From: Thermodesulfobacteriota bacterium
GTDB lineage: Bacteria; Desulfobacterota_D; UBA1144; Nemesobacterales; JAJCZQ01
Direction of reading: 5' to 3'
NCBI GenBank assembly: GCA_965203965.1
Contig: CBDBDR010000017.1
Location: forward strand, 256,001 to 320,000
Length of the DNA stretch: 64,000 nucleotides
A program made the translations under genes and the position numbers. Shown here piece by piece: positions 51,993 to 61,341 of the stretch. The notes under the pieces were generated by a model. The model was not told the origin of the DNA. It did no database searches and saw only the letters and a list, made by a program, of their open reading frames with translations. Position 1 is the stretch's first letter. The number at the start of each line of letters is the position of its first letter.

Positions 51993-53720
51993 CTATACTG
52001 TCTGTATTTTATAGGTGCTTGAGTATATGCCGTCGGTTTTCATAAGCTCTTCATGGTTTCCGATCTCAACTACATTGCCGTTCTCAAAAACTGCGATTTT
52101 GTCAAAACTGCTTATTCTGGACGATATCCTGCTTGAGATAACAATAAGGGTATTCCCTTTCATTATTTTGATAATGTTCTGCAAAACTAGGCTCTCTGTT
52201 TGCATATCAAGAGATGAGAGCACGTCGTCAAGTATGAGGACTTTTGGTTTCAAGAGTATCGCCCGGGCAATTGCTATTCTCTGCCTCTGTCCCCCTGAAA
52301 GACTAAGTCCTCTTTCACCTACAACTGTGTTAAATCCTTCCGGAAATTCAATGATCTCGTTATAAATTGCTGCCATACTTGTTGCCTCTTCTATCTCCTG
52401 CTCGGTGATGTTCGGGTTCATAAATGTAATATTATTTTTTATTGAGCCGCTGAAGATAGTTGTGTTCTGTGGCACACACACTACTGATCTATTTATTATT
52501 TCTCTCGGTATTCTTGTTATATCTACCTCATCAATGAATATATGATTTTCCTCAGTGTCATAGACCTTCATCAACAGGTTTATAAGTGTTGTCTTTCCCG
52601 ACCCGGTTCTCCCTGTAATTGCAAATGATGACCCACTTGGTATTTCAAAATTTATTTTGTTTAAAGCGGGTTGGCTTCTCTCGTTGTAAATAAACTCCAG
52701 ATTATTGAACCTGATATTTCCATTTAGTGGCTGCTCGTATGCGTTTTTTATGTTCTCCTTTTTCGGTTGAACTTCAAATATTGCATTTAGCCTGTTTATA
52801 GAAGCATTCCCTCTTTTAATTATGTCCACAGACCACCCCATTGCCATCATAGGCCAGACTAGCATGGAGATGTAGAACAGCATAGCCGCGAATTTTCCAA
52901 GTGAGATTTCCAGATTGATCGTGCTGATACCTCCCACTAAAATGAATATTGCTGCTGAACTTCCCGCCATGAAAGTTATCAGAGGTTGATAGACCCCCCA
53001 GATCCTCACAAGATTTATATTCCTGTCCAAATAGTCAATGCTTGCTTTTTCAAAGTCTTTAAGCTCAGGTTTTTCCCTGTTGAATGCTTTTACAACTTTT
53101 ATCCCAGATATTGATTGTCTTGCACTTTCAGTAAGTTCAGAAAATGAATCCTGAGTTTTTTGAAACCTTTTTTCAATCTGGTTTCCGAACTTATACATGA
53201 AAAACCCGAGTAAAGGGAAAGGAATAAATGCGTAGAGAGTTAGCTCTGGTGAAACGAAAAGCATTGCTATGAATATAAAGCAGAAGAGAAAAATTCCATC
53301 GTATGCAACAAGTACACCCAAACCACATGAGAATTTCAGAGTTTCAATGTCACTGACGGTATGTGCCATCAGATCCCCGACTTTACGGGAAGAGAAGAAA
53401 TCAAAATTCAGACTTTGTATATGTTTGAAGAAATCGTTTCTGAGAGAATTTTCTATTTTTCTTGCTGATCCCATTATGAAATATCTCCAGCCAAGTCTGA
53501 AAACCGCCATGAAAAATCCCAGTCCGAGTATGTAGAGGCTATATCTTGTTATAAGGGCAGTATCCAGTTGATCCGGCTCTGTAAGGGTGTCAATTATCCA
53601 CTGGATGATCTTTGGAACGGCAAGCTGGGCAATATCAACAAGAGACAGGCATACAACACCAGCCAGAAAAGAGTATTTGTATTGAAATAGAAGGGATTTG
53701 ATACTTTTTTTCTTGAACAA
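51993..53720 (-). CDS. Heterodimeric ABC exporter subunit (MdlA-like), TMD plus NBD
   Basis: GDLMAH..SD, GRTGSGKTT and LSGGQRQR motifs; degenerate Walker B (ILDD) and H-loop (ISSR). TTG start. Confidence 0.9.
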   Translation of the reverse strand: MFKKKSIKSLLFQYKYSFLAGVVCLSLVDIAQLAVPKIIQWIIDTLTEPDQLDTALITRYSLYILGLGFFMAVFRLGWRYFIMGSARKIENSLRNDFFKHIQSLNFDFFSSRKVGDLMAHTVSDIETLKFSCGLGVLVAYDGIFLFCFIFIAMLFVSPELTLYAFIPFPLLGFFMYKFGNQIEKRFQKTQDSFSELTESARQSISGIKVVKAFNREKPELKDFEKASIDYLDRNINLVRIWGVYQPLITFMAGSSAAIFILVGGISTINLEISLGKFAAMLFYISMLVWPMMAMGWSVDIIKRGNASINRLNAIFEVQPKKENIKNAYEQPLNGNIRFNNLEFIYNERSQPALNKINFEIPSGSSFAITGRTGSGKTTLINLLMKVYDTEENHIFIDEVDITRIPREIINRSVVCVPQNTTIFSGSIKNNITFMNPNITEQEIEEATSMAAIYNEIIEFPEGFNTVVGERGLSLSGGQRQRIAIARAILLKPKVLILDDVLSSLDMQTESLVLQNIIKIMKGNTLIVISSRISSRISSFDKIAVFENGNVVEIGNHEELMKTDGIYSSTYKIQTV

Positions 53721-53880
53721 AAAAAACGACCTTTGGAAATCGGGATTTTGAACTTTGTCAGGGTATAATATACCCGTGTAATTGTTAATTGATTTGCTAC
53801 GATGTTAAATGGTAATAAATATAATGTTGCAGAAAATGTAAAAACAAAGAAATCCTTCTCTGCTTTCAACTAAAAATTTA

Positions 53881-53909
53881 TTGAAAATGATCAGTAAATC
53901 TGGTATTAT
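53881..53909 (+). promoter_or_regulatory. Sigma70-type promoter for gltA
   Basis: TTGAAA-17 nt-TATTAT with an extended -10 TG. Confidence 0.55.
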
Positions 53910-53972
53910 CCATAAGCAGTTTTAGTTAGATATTATTAAAACCTATTCGTAACCACTCCAAGGAGGTTTTTT

Positions 53973-55265
53973 ATGGAAAAGAAAAAGGACACACTTACTA
54001 TAACAGACAATAGAAACGGTAAGGTTTACGAAATTCCAATAGAAAATGAAACTATTAGGGCAACGGACCTGAGGCAGATCAAACTGAAAGACGAAGATTT
54101 TGGAATGATGAGCTACGACCCTGCTTTTGGTAACACGGCATCTTGTAAAAGCAAAGTTACTTTCATTGATGGTGAAAAAGGTATCTTACGCTACAGGGGC
54201 TATTCAATTGATGAGCTTGCTAAAAAAAGTTCTTTTCTTGAGGTTTCATACTTACTGCTTTATGGGGAGCTACCTACAAAAAAGCAGCTTGATGGTTTTA
54301 CGCATGACATAATCCATCACACATACCTACATGAAAATATTAAAAAGTTAGTTGATAGTTTCAGATATGATGCGCACCCGATGGGAATGCTCATGGGCAC
54401 TGTTGCCGCACTTTCAACTTTCTATCCTGAAGCAAAAAATATTTTTGACACTGAAAACAATGAACTTCAGATAAAACGGTTGATAGCAAAACTGCCAACC
54501 ATCGCAGCGTTTTCCTACAGGCATATAATGGGACTCCCTTACATATACCCTGATAACGATCTCAGCTATACCGGGAATTTTCTCAATATGATGTTTAGAA
54601 TGGCAGAGTTGAAATATGAACCAAACAAAGCTATTGAGAAAGCCATTGACGTTTTATTTATACTCCATGCAGATCATGAACAAAATTGCAGTGCAAGCGC
54701 AATGAGAAGTGTGGGAAGTTCTCAACCCGATCCCTATACGTCAACCGCATCCGCTATAGGTGCTTTATACGGCCCATTGCATGGTGGTGCGAATGAAGCC
54801 GTTCTTCAAATGCTTCAGGAAATAGGATCAAAGGACAAGATCCCCGAATATATTGAACGGGCTAAACGCGGTGAATTTAGACTTATGGGTTTTGGTCACA
54901 GGGTTTATAAAGCCTATGATCCAAGAGCCAAGATAATAAAAGATGCAGCACACGAGGTATTTGAAGAGACGGGGAAAAACCCTCTTCTTGAAATTGCACT
55001 TGAGCTTGAAAGAATAGCTCTTGAAGATGACTACTTCGTAAAACGCCGCTTATATCCAAATGTAGATTTCTATTCTGGGTTGATATATCAGAGTATGGGC
55101 CTGCCAACAAGCATGTTTACAGTGCTTTTTGCGATTGGAAGAACTCCCGGTTGGCTTGCACAATGGAAGGAGATGTTAGAAGACCCAGAAACAAGGATTG
55201 CAAGACCGCGGCAGGTTTATCTCGGATATGATCTAAGAGATTATTCACCAAAATCCAAAAGATAG
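53973..55265 (+). CDS. gltA: Citrate synthase
   Basis: GILRYRGY, LHADHEQN, GPLHGGANE, LMGFGHRVYK, YPNVDFYSG and RPRQ motifs; AAGGAGG RBS. Confidence 0.97.
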   Translation: MEKKKDTLTITDNRNGKVYEIPIENETIRATDLRQIKLKDEDFGMMSYDPAFGNTASCKSKVTFIDGEKGILRYRGYSIDELAKKSSFLEVSYLLLYGELPTKKQLDGFTHDIIHHTYLHENIKKLVDSFRYDAHPMGMLMGTVAALSTFYPEAKNIFDTENNELQIKRLIAKLPTIAAFSYRHIMGLPYIYPDNDLSYTGNFLNMMFRMAELKYEPNKAIEKAIDVLFILHADHEQNCSASAMRSVGSSQPDPYTSTASAIGALYGPLHGGANEAVLQMLQEIGSKDKIPEYIERAKRGEFRLMGFGHRVYKAYDPRAKIIKDAAHEVFEETGKNPLLEIALELERIALEDDYFVKRRLYPNVDFYSGLIYQSMGLPTSMFTVLFAIGRTPGWLAQWKEMLEDPETRIARPRQVYLGYDLRDYSPKSKR

Positions 55266-55281
55266 AAAAGACAGTTTTAAT

Positions 55282-55320
55282 AAAGATAAGCAGGGTTTTG
55301 TTGATCCCCTGCTTATCTTT
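55282..55320. terminator. Rho-independent terminator after gltA
   Basis: 14-bp stem AAAGATAAGCAGGG / CCCTGCTTATCTTT. Confidence 0.85.
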
Positions 55321-55345
55321 GGGGATTTATATATGAAAATCTCAT

Positions 55346-55531
55346 TCAGGTGCCAGAATCTTTTACGACATTCATGGGTGAAAGTGCAACCCTGACCAGT
55401 TCACCGGGTGTAGGTACTGATCCATCCGGGTTTCGAATCATGACAATCTCTTCCTTTTCCACCTTTAACGGTTGATAACTATGTGACTTGACCCGAACAG
55501 TCGGACGGTCATCAAGGTTTCGCTGTGTCAT
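55346..55531 (-). CDS. Small hypothetical protein (61 aa) at the island end
   Basis: AAAGGAG RBS; MTQRNLDDRPTVRVKSHSYQP...TPGELVRVALSP; co-oriented 17 nt after the R-M gene. Confidence 0.65.
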   Translation of the reverse strand: MTQRNLDDRPTVRVKSHSYQPLKVEKEEIVMIRNPDGSVPTPGELVRVALSPMNVVKDSGT

Positions 55532-55547
55532 GTCTCATCTCCTTTCG

Positions 55548-58500
55548 TTAAACATCATTTTCCGCAGTATTTAGCGTCATCGTGATTGTCTTCATGATTT
55601 GGTCAGTCTCGGACAGGATTTTGAGGATGCTTTGATAATGCTTCACATCCTCGAAGCTGAGAACGCGACCTTTGCGGTATTTGAGCCATTTCTGGGCGGG
55701 CTGATAGCCGCCAATGTAGAAATCCCATGATACGGCGGGCGCGTCGGCAAAATACTGGCTGTCATTGATCCAGACGCAGCCATCCTCGAAACGGAACTTG
55801 CCCACCTCGTTGTCACCGTCGCCCGTGAACGGGTAGGGGGTCGCACCGATTGAGGCAGGTTCCATCAGGTGGAGCTTGCGTAACTCCGCGCCCTTGGCGG
55901 ACACGTCCCAGAATTCGTCTGGGGTGGTCGGCCACGGGATGCGGGGGAAGTCGATTTTCAGGAACTCGGCATAGGTATCGCGATAAGCGGGACAATGCAG
56001 CACGCCATAGATGTAATCGAACACCTGCATCTCGTCGGGTTTGCCATCTTCGGGATGATCAGCCAGTTTTTGAATCTTCTTGTAAAGCTTTGGATCGAAA
56101 TTCACCCGCTGAGTCTGATCGAGATCTTGTTCGTCGGGGTAGAGGTAGAGGGGGGCAAAGATTGATCCAGTTGTTGCCTCTCCGCACTTCACATCTGATA
56201 CATACGTTGAGCAGTAGAAATGATTAACGCCCTTTTTGTTGCTTCGCGCTGTGATGAGTGAAATATTTGGATGTAACATATGTTTAGAAACATCCATTCT
56301 AGGCCATGAAACCAACGCAGGATGCAGAGCGACTTTCCTGTTATCAAAAGGCCGAAACGCATAGGGAACGATATAATCAAGGATGTTTCCACATGGAATG
56401 CGCTGTCTCTCTGCATCAAGCTTCCAATCTCTAGTGTCCCCCGCTGGAAATTTTTTGGAAGTCTGGGAAAAGAATTTCCTGCGAATAGTTTCTGTCGAGA
56501 TGCTTTCGTCGCAAATTTCTGAAATTCTCTCCTGAATTTCTGCGTTGCTTTCTCCCACGGCAACAGGGTCACGAGATGTTTGTATCCCCGTAGTATTCAA
56601 AGGGAAAATCTCTACAATTGAGAAACCATTTTGATATGCAGGAGGAGCACTTACCCCTTTCCCGTTGAAGGTGAAATATGGCTCCGACGGATTCAATTTT
56701 TCTGATGAAATGCTGATGCGGTTAAGTGACTGAAGACGCTCATATTTAAGTTCACAACTTCCCCAAAGTTCAGAGAATGTGACTTCAGAGTTTCTGATCT
56801 GAGGTTGAGGCTTCTTCTTGATTGCTATGACTATCGAAACACCCTGTTGGATATCGAATACGTTTTCATCCTTGATGCCATTTGGCGAAATTTCACCATG
56901 TTTGGAATTTCCATGTAAATCAACGACATGAATTTTGTCGAACGTCTGCATAAGGTGCCATCTCATTCCTCGAAAAGTCGGGTTGTCGAGGTAGCCATGG
57001 TTGGTGATGAAGCCAAGAATGCCTTCGCCGTTCTTTGCGATCAGGCTCTCCGACAGGCGGATGAACTTGACGTAGTCATCATGCAAGGAGTGCTTTCGCT
57101 CTCCAAAGTGTTTGCCATCAACGTATTTGTAGTCCTCGATCAGATTGCTGATCCAATCGCCCATGTTCTGCGAAATCCCAGAGTATGGTGGATTCCCGAT
57201 CACGCACATGATGGGCATGTCGCGCTTGATTGTGTTCGCGCCCTTGGCCTCGCGGGATAGCCATTGCGTGAAAGGCAGGGTTTGGTTGGCAGGCTCGCCT
57301 TCCTCAAGGCTGTTGGTCAGATAGACTGACAGGCGCGGTGGGTTTCCCGTGGGCTTATAACCTAGCTCGGTCAGGATCATGTCGAGTTTCATATGGCACA
57401 TGGCATAGGACGCCATGAGAAGCTCGAAGCCGTGCAGGCGGGGAATCAGATCGTCCTCGATGTATTTCGACCACATCGCGGGTGCGATGTCCTGAATCTT
57501 GGGTGCGATTTGCTTGATCACCTCGGCCAAAAACGTGCCTGTTCCTGTGGCAGGATCGAGGATTTGAACGCGGTGAACATCCTTCTTGATCGCGACGGGT
57601 TTGCCCTTCCTGTCGGTCTTGCCTGTGTCCCAGTCGATGGTCACTTTCGACGTGTCAGCCAGTCCATCGGGCAGGCTGAATTCCGTCTGCAAGACCTCGT
57701 CCACGGCGCGCACGATGAAATTCACAACGGGTTCGGGTGTGTACCAAACCCCTCGTGCCTTGCGTTTATCGGGGTTATAGGCAGCGAGGAATGTCTCGTA
57801 GAAATGAAGGAAGGGATCGTTCCGGCCCGTCAGCTTACCAAACCCCTCCATCAGCTTTGCCACATCACAGGCTTGGAACACGCGCGCAAGATCATCGATG
57901 ATCCACGCGATGCGGTCGTCGAGATCATAACCAGCTATGTAGCTGAATAGCGAGCGCAGAAACGGGTTGGACTTGGGTAGCAGCTCCAATGCCTCCTGGC
58001 GGCTGAATGTGTCCAGACTGGTGTCGTGGAGCCGAGCTGCAAACATCCCATAGGCGATAGTTTCAGCATAAATGTCGGCGAAATCTTCTGCCTCGATGTT
58101 GTGGATCAGGTTTTCCCTGAACGCCTCATATTGTCCTACAAGTTCTTCTGCATCGTCAGCCAGGGTATTTTGCAGCACATCCTTGATCAGAATGGCTTTA
58201 CCTGCCATTCGTTCGGCCAGTTCACGGGGGCTGGTGATCGTTTGGGGCCTCTGGGCAACAAAATCCCGCAGTAGATTTTCGAGTGTCGTGTATTGATCCG
58301 GCTTCGGTTGAATGCCCGGAGTGAGGTCGGCGATGCGTACCGAGGCGGTCAGTTCGCCGTCACGGTAAAAATCCCAATCAAGGCAGTTGGTATAGATCAG
58401 ATTGGGTAGTGCAGCGCGGTAGCGTTCCTGTTGTGCCTTGTTGCTGCCTTTGAGGCCACGAATTCCAACGGGAATATCTTTGGCCTCAACGTGGCCGATC

Positions 58501-58688
58501 ACAATATCACCCTGCGACACGATAAAATCAGGCGCACCACATTCGATCTTTTTGGGTTCGTTCAGGGCTGTCACATCATCCGAAATCGAGGACAACAGAT
58601 TTTGCAAGGTGGCGCGGTATGAGTGTTCCGTTGCATTGCCCGTATTATAAATGCTGGTGACTTCTACCAGATACCCTTGAATATTCAA
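55548..58688 (-). CDS. Single-chain restriction-modification enzyme (Type IIG / Type ISP-like, no helicase)
   Basis: N-terminal PDF...VEAK nuclease motif, GVWYTP, ILDPATGTGTFL (motif I), IGNPPY (motif IV), C-terminal DFPRIP...IGGYQPAQKWLK specificity region. TTG 58688 overlaps the upstream TGA. Confidence 0.9.
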   Translation of the reverse strand: MNIQGYLVEVTSIYNTGNATEHSYRATLQNLLSSISDDVTALNEPKKIECGAPDFIVSQGDIVIGHVEAKDIPVGIRGLKGSNKAQQERYRAALPNLIYTNCLDWDFYRDGELTASVRIADLTPGIQPKPDQYTTLENLLRDFVAQRPQTITSPRELAERMAGKAILIKDVLQNTLADDAEELVGQYEAFRENLIHNIEAEDFADIYAETIAYGMFAARLHDTSLDTFSRQEALELLPKSNPFLRSLFSYIAGYDLDDRIAWIIDDLARVFQACDVAKLMEGFGKLTGRNDPFLHFYETFLAAYNPDKRKARGVWYTPEPVVNFIVRAVDEVLQTEFSLPDGLADTSKVTIDWDTGKTDRKGKPVAIKKDVHRVQILDPATGTGTFLAEVIKQIAPKIQDIAPAMWSKYIEDDLIPRLHGFELLMASYAMCHMKLDMILTELGYKPTGNPPRLSVYLTNSLEEGEPANQTLPFTQWLSREAKGANTIKRDMPIMCVIGNPPYSGISQNMGDWISNLIEDYKYVDGKHFGERKHSLHDDYVKFIRLSESLIAKNGEGILGFITNHGYLDNPTFRGMRWHLMQTFDKIHVVDLHGNSKHGEISPNGIKDENVFDIQQGVSIVIAIKKKPQPQIRNSEVTFSELWGSCELKYERLQSLNRISISSEKLNPSEPYFTFNGKGVSAPPAYQNGFSIVEIFPLNTTGIQTSRDPVAVGESNAEIQERISEICDESISTETIRRKFFSQTSKKFPAGDTRDWKLDAERQRIPCGNILDYIVPYAFRPFDNRKVALHPALVSWPRMDVSKHMLHPNISLITARSNKKGVNHFYCSTYVSDVKCGEATTGSIFAPLYLYPDEQDLDQTQRVNFDPKLYKKIQKLADHPEDGKPDEMQVFDYIYGVLHCPAYRDTYAEFLKIDFPRIPWPTTPDEFWDVSAKGAELRKLHLMEPASIGATPYPFTGDGDNEVGKFRFEDGCVWINDSQYFADAPAVSWDFYIGGYQPAQKWLKYRKGRVLSFEDVKHYQSILKILSETDQIMKTITMTLNTAENDV

Positions 58689-59521
58689 TGCCTGCAAAAT
58701 CGCGCCCCGCTGCGTTTGTTGCCATCTGTGAACGGATGATCCTTGACGATAAAGTACAGAAGATGCGCTGCCTTTTCTTCCAAACTTGGATAAACGTCTT
58801 TTCTAAAAGCGGATTGAAACACACCGCCGACGATACCCGTCACACTCCCGCTTTCTCGCTCCTGCCCGAAAATTTCCGTAGCTTCTTTTTTTCTCACGAA
58901 TTCTTTTTTTAACACCACCAAAGCCGCTTTGAGATTTTCCGCCGTAAATGTTATCTGCTTCCTACTTGCCGCCGATTTTGGTAAACTGCCTTTATCATAA
59001 GCGTCTAGTGAAAACCAAGTACCCGCAAAAATACTGACAAGCTCCAAAATGTCCTTTGCTTTGACTTCATCGCTTGCGGGCAGCAAATCTCGTACGTTGG
59101 ACACTGCTTGCATAAATTTTTTGTAGTTCTTCCCGGCGCGCTTTTTGTTGATCGAGTAGCCAAGGAGCAAGTGTTGTTTGAGTGTTTGGGTCGCCCAGAT
59201 ACGGAATTGCGTGGCTTGTTTAGAATTTACACGGTAGCCCGCAGAGAGTATAGCGTCTAAATTGTAATATTCTATTTGACGAGTTACTTGCCTCTTCCCT
59301 TCTTTTTGAACTGTTTCCAAAACGGAAACGGTTGATTTTCTGTTGAGTTCACCTGTCCGATAAATGTTTTTCAAATGCTTTGATATAGCAGGCCTCTGGA
59401 CGTCAAATAAATCGGCGATTTGTTGTAAAGTCCCCCAGATTGTATCCTTTTCAATATCCCCGCGAAACGCTATTTCTCCGTTTTCGGTTTGATACAAAAC
59501 AATGTTCGGCTTAGTTTTCAT
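58685..59521 (-). pseudogene. RhuM-Fic/Doc fusion protein, C-terminally truncated
   Basis: RhuM motifs (ISKHLKNIY..GEL, YYNLDAILS.GYRVNSKQATQFRIWA) and Fic motif HPFTDGNKRSG, after which it ends abruptly in ARFCRH*. Confidence 0.75.
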
Positions 59522-59777
59522 GCTCAACCCCGCTCAAATTCTTCAAAATTCGCTTATTTAATTCCGCTTCTTCCTTGATCTGTTCCTCAAACTCATCTTT
59601 TATATCTTCTTCTCTAAATATATCCCTAAAACTCGCACCCTCTGCACTACTACCTATGGGTGATGTAAATACTTTGTTCTTATTAAACGGAGGATCTAAG
59701 TCAATACAGTCAGAGTTTATTCCTTCTAATACTTCAAGATTGTCATGACAGAATATAGTTCTATTACTTACATTCAT
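59511..59777 (-). pseudogene. Chimeric remnant: N-terminus of a beta-class DNA methyltransferase joined to a Type I HsdM-like C-terminal tail
   Basis: IFCHDNLEVL...CIDLDPPFN, then EFEEQIKEEAELNKRILKNL; only 88 aa, no AdoMet-binding motif. Confidence 0.65.
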
Positions 59778-59841
59778 CTAATAATTTCAGTAATTTGGTT
59801 CATCATTCTCACCGCACTATTGTATATAATTCCTTGTTTTT

Positions 59842-60192
59842 TTAAGTGCTTGAAAACTGTTTGCTTATAATACTGTTGTAGTAAAAGTCAATTGTATGCT
59901 CTATTGATTTCAAGAACAGATCAATGATTTCTTTCTGACCTTCTTCTGATTTTATAAAGTTTGATACGTCTGTTTCTTTTTTTAGTCTGAGATTCAGAAC
60001 TTCGGAGAATGATTCTGTAATGGTTTGCCGATCATCTTCAAGCATTGTTTCTATCAATGCCTGATCTTGGACGTCATATTTTTTGTTTGCAATTGCAGTT
60101 GAGAGGTTGTCTATAAATTCAGGAACTACCAGTTTAGGATGGCTTTCTTTTACAATGGACTCAAAGGTTTTTATGAGGTCTTGAGAGTACAT
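59842..60192 (-). CDS. Hypothetical acidic helical protein
   Basis: 116-aa ORF with host-like codon usage, co-oriented after the M42 peptidase; no recognised motif. Confidence 0.65.
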   Translation of the reverse strand: MYSQDLIKTFESIVKESHPKLVVPEFIDNLSTAIANKKYDVQDQALIETMLEDDRQTITESFSEVLNLRLKKETDVSNFIKSEEGQKEIIDLFLKSIEHTIDFYYNSIISKQFSST

Positions 60193-60234
60193 ATTATTGA
60201 ATTTCTTATTCTATAATTCAGTCTATAAAGAACT

Positions 60235-61260
60235 TCAGTTTTTAAAGCCGTCAATATTTTCCAGAAGAGCAGTGATAAGTTTGATCGTGTTTTTTATATC
60301 TTCTTTGTATGCAATGGAACTTGGGCTATGCAAATATCTGGTGGGTACTGATATTACTGCGGCACGGCTTCCCTTTCCTGTTACCTGCATTGCGGTGGCG
60401 TTCGTTCCACCTGCCTTTTTGACCGTGATCTGGGTTGGTATATCTTTCTTTTCTGCAAGTTCATTTATATCAAAAGAAAATTTTCTATCTGCCACCAAAT
60501 ACCTATCGGACAGCCTTATTTCGGGTCCTTTACCAACATTTGCAAGAGATTTGTCTGCAGGTATACCCGGGACGTCCATTGCCACGGTGCCTTCCAGAGC
60601 AACAACAAAATCAGGTTCAACAACAGGGGTTATAAGCCTTGCCCCTCTTAATCCCGTTTCTTCCTGAACCGTTGCCGTAACAAAAAGATCACATTTTATA
60701 TTAGGGTTTTTACTCAATGCTTCAATTATGATGAACAAGCCCATTCTATCATCCAATGCCTTTGAAATTACCGCGTCTTCAGTTTCTGTGAACTTGGTGT
60801 CAAATGATGCAAAATCTCCAACTTTGACCAAACTCTTAACTTTTTCAGCCGATAATCCAACGTCAACCACGCAGTCCTCAATTTCCGGAACTTCTTTGTT
60901 ATTGCTGCCTTTGCTTACGTGGGGAGGAATAGCTGCTACCATACCGACAAGCTGGGTTTTACCCCACACTACTAACCTTTGAGCGTAATAAACCCGTGGA
61001 TCTATGCCACCGAGAGGGGTCAATCTTATAAAACCGTTGTCATCTATATGGTGAACCATAAATCCGACTTCATCCGTATGAGCGTCAAGGACGACCCTGG
61101 GACCCTGTCCTTTTATATGTGCAATGATATTTCCCATTGCATCCTTGGAAATATCTTTTGTGAACTTTTTCAATTCATCAGTAACAACGTCACTTATGAG
61201 GTCTTCTCCGCCTGGCATGCCCGGGGTGTTGCATAATATTTTCAACAACTCTATGTTCAT
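60235..61260 (-). CDS. M42 family metallo-aminopeptidase
   Basis: DAHTDEVG, LGGID, KALDDR, VQEETGLRGA and PTRYLHS motifs. Confidence 0.93.
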   Translation of the reverse strand: MNIELLKILCNTPGMPGGEDLISDVVTDELKKFTKDISKDAMGNIIAHIKGQGPRVVLDAHTDEVGFMVHHIDDNGFIRLTPLGGIDPRVYYAQRLVVWGKTQLVGMVAAIPPHVSKGSNNKEVPEIEDCVVDVGLSAEKVKSLVKVGDFASFDTKFTETEDAVISKALDDRMGLFIIIEALSKNPNIKCDLFVTATVQEETGLRGARLITPVVEPDFVVALEGTVAMDVPGIPADKSLANVGKGPEIRLSDRYLVADRKFSFDINELAEKKDIPTQITVKKAGGTNATAMQVTGKGSRAAVISVPTRYLHSPSSIAYKEDIKNTIKLITALLENIDGFKN

Positions 61261-61341
61261 AGTTTTTTGATTATAGTCTAAAACCCATTATTTTCCAGAT
61301 TTTAATTGATTTGATGGGCTGAAAATTCTAATATTTACATT

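Larger units (their letters stand above)
55322..59834. mobile_element. Accessory island bounded by imperfect inverted repeats; candidate non-autonomous IS1595-like element carrying R-M cargo
   Basis: GGATTTATATAT (55323-55334) versus the reverse complement of GTATATAATTCC (59822-59833); abrupt GC and codon shift; no transposase. Confidence 0.55.

Noticed and set aside
55643..58650. Many alternative-frame ORFs inside the R-M gene
   Set aside because: Expected by-product of the high GC content of this gene.
55313..59841. Exact 8-bp target-site duplication around island 1
   Set aside because: The best flank match is 6/8 and needs a shifted end, so it is not claimed as a real duplication.
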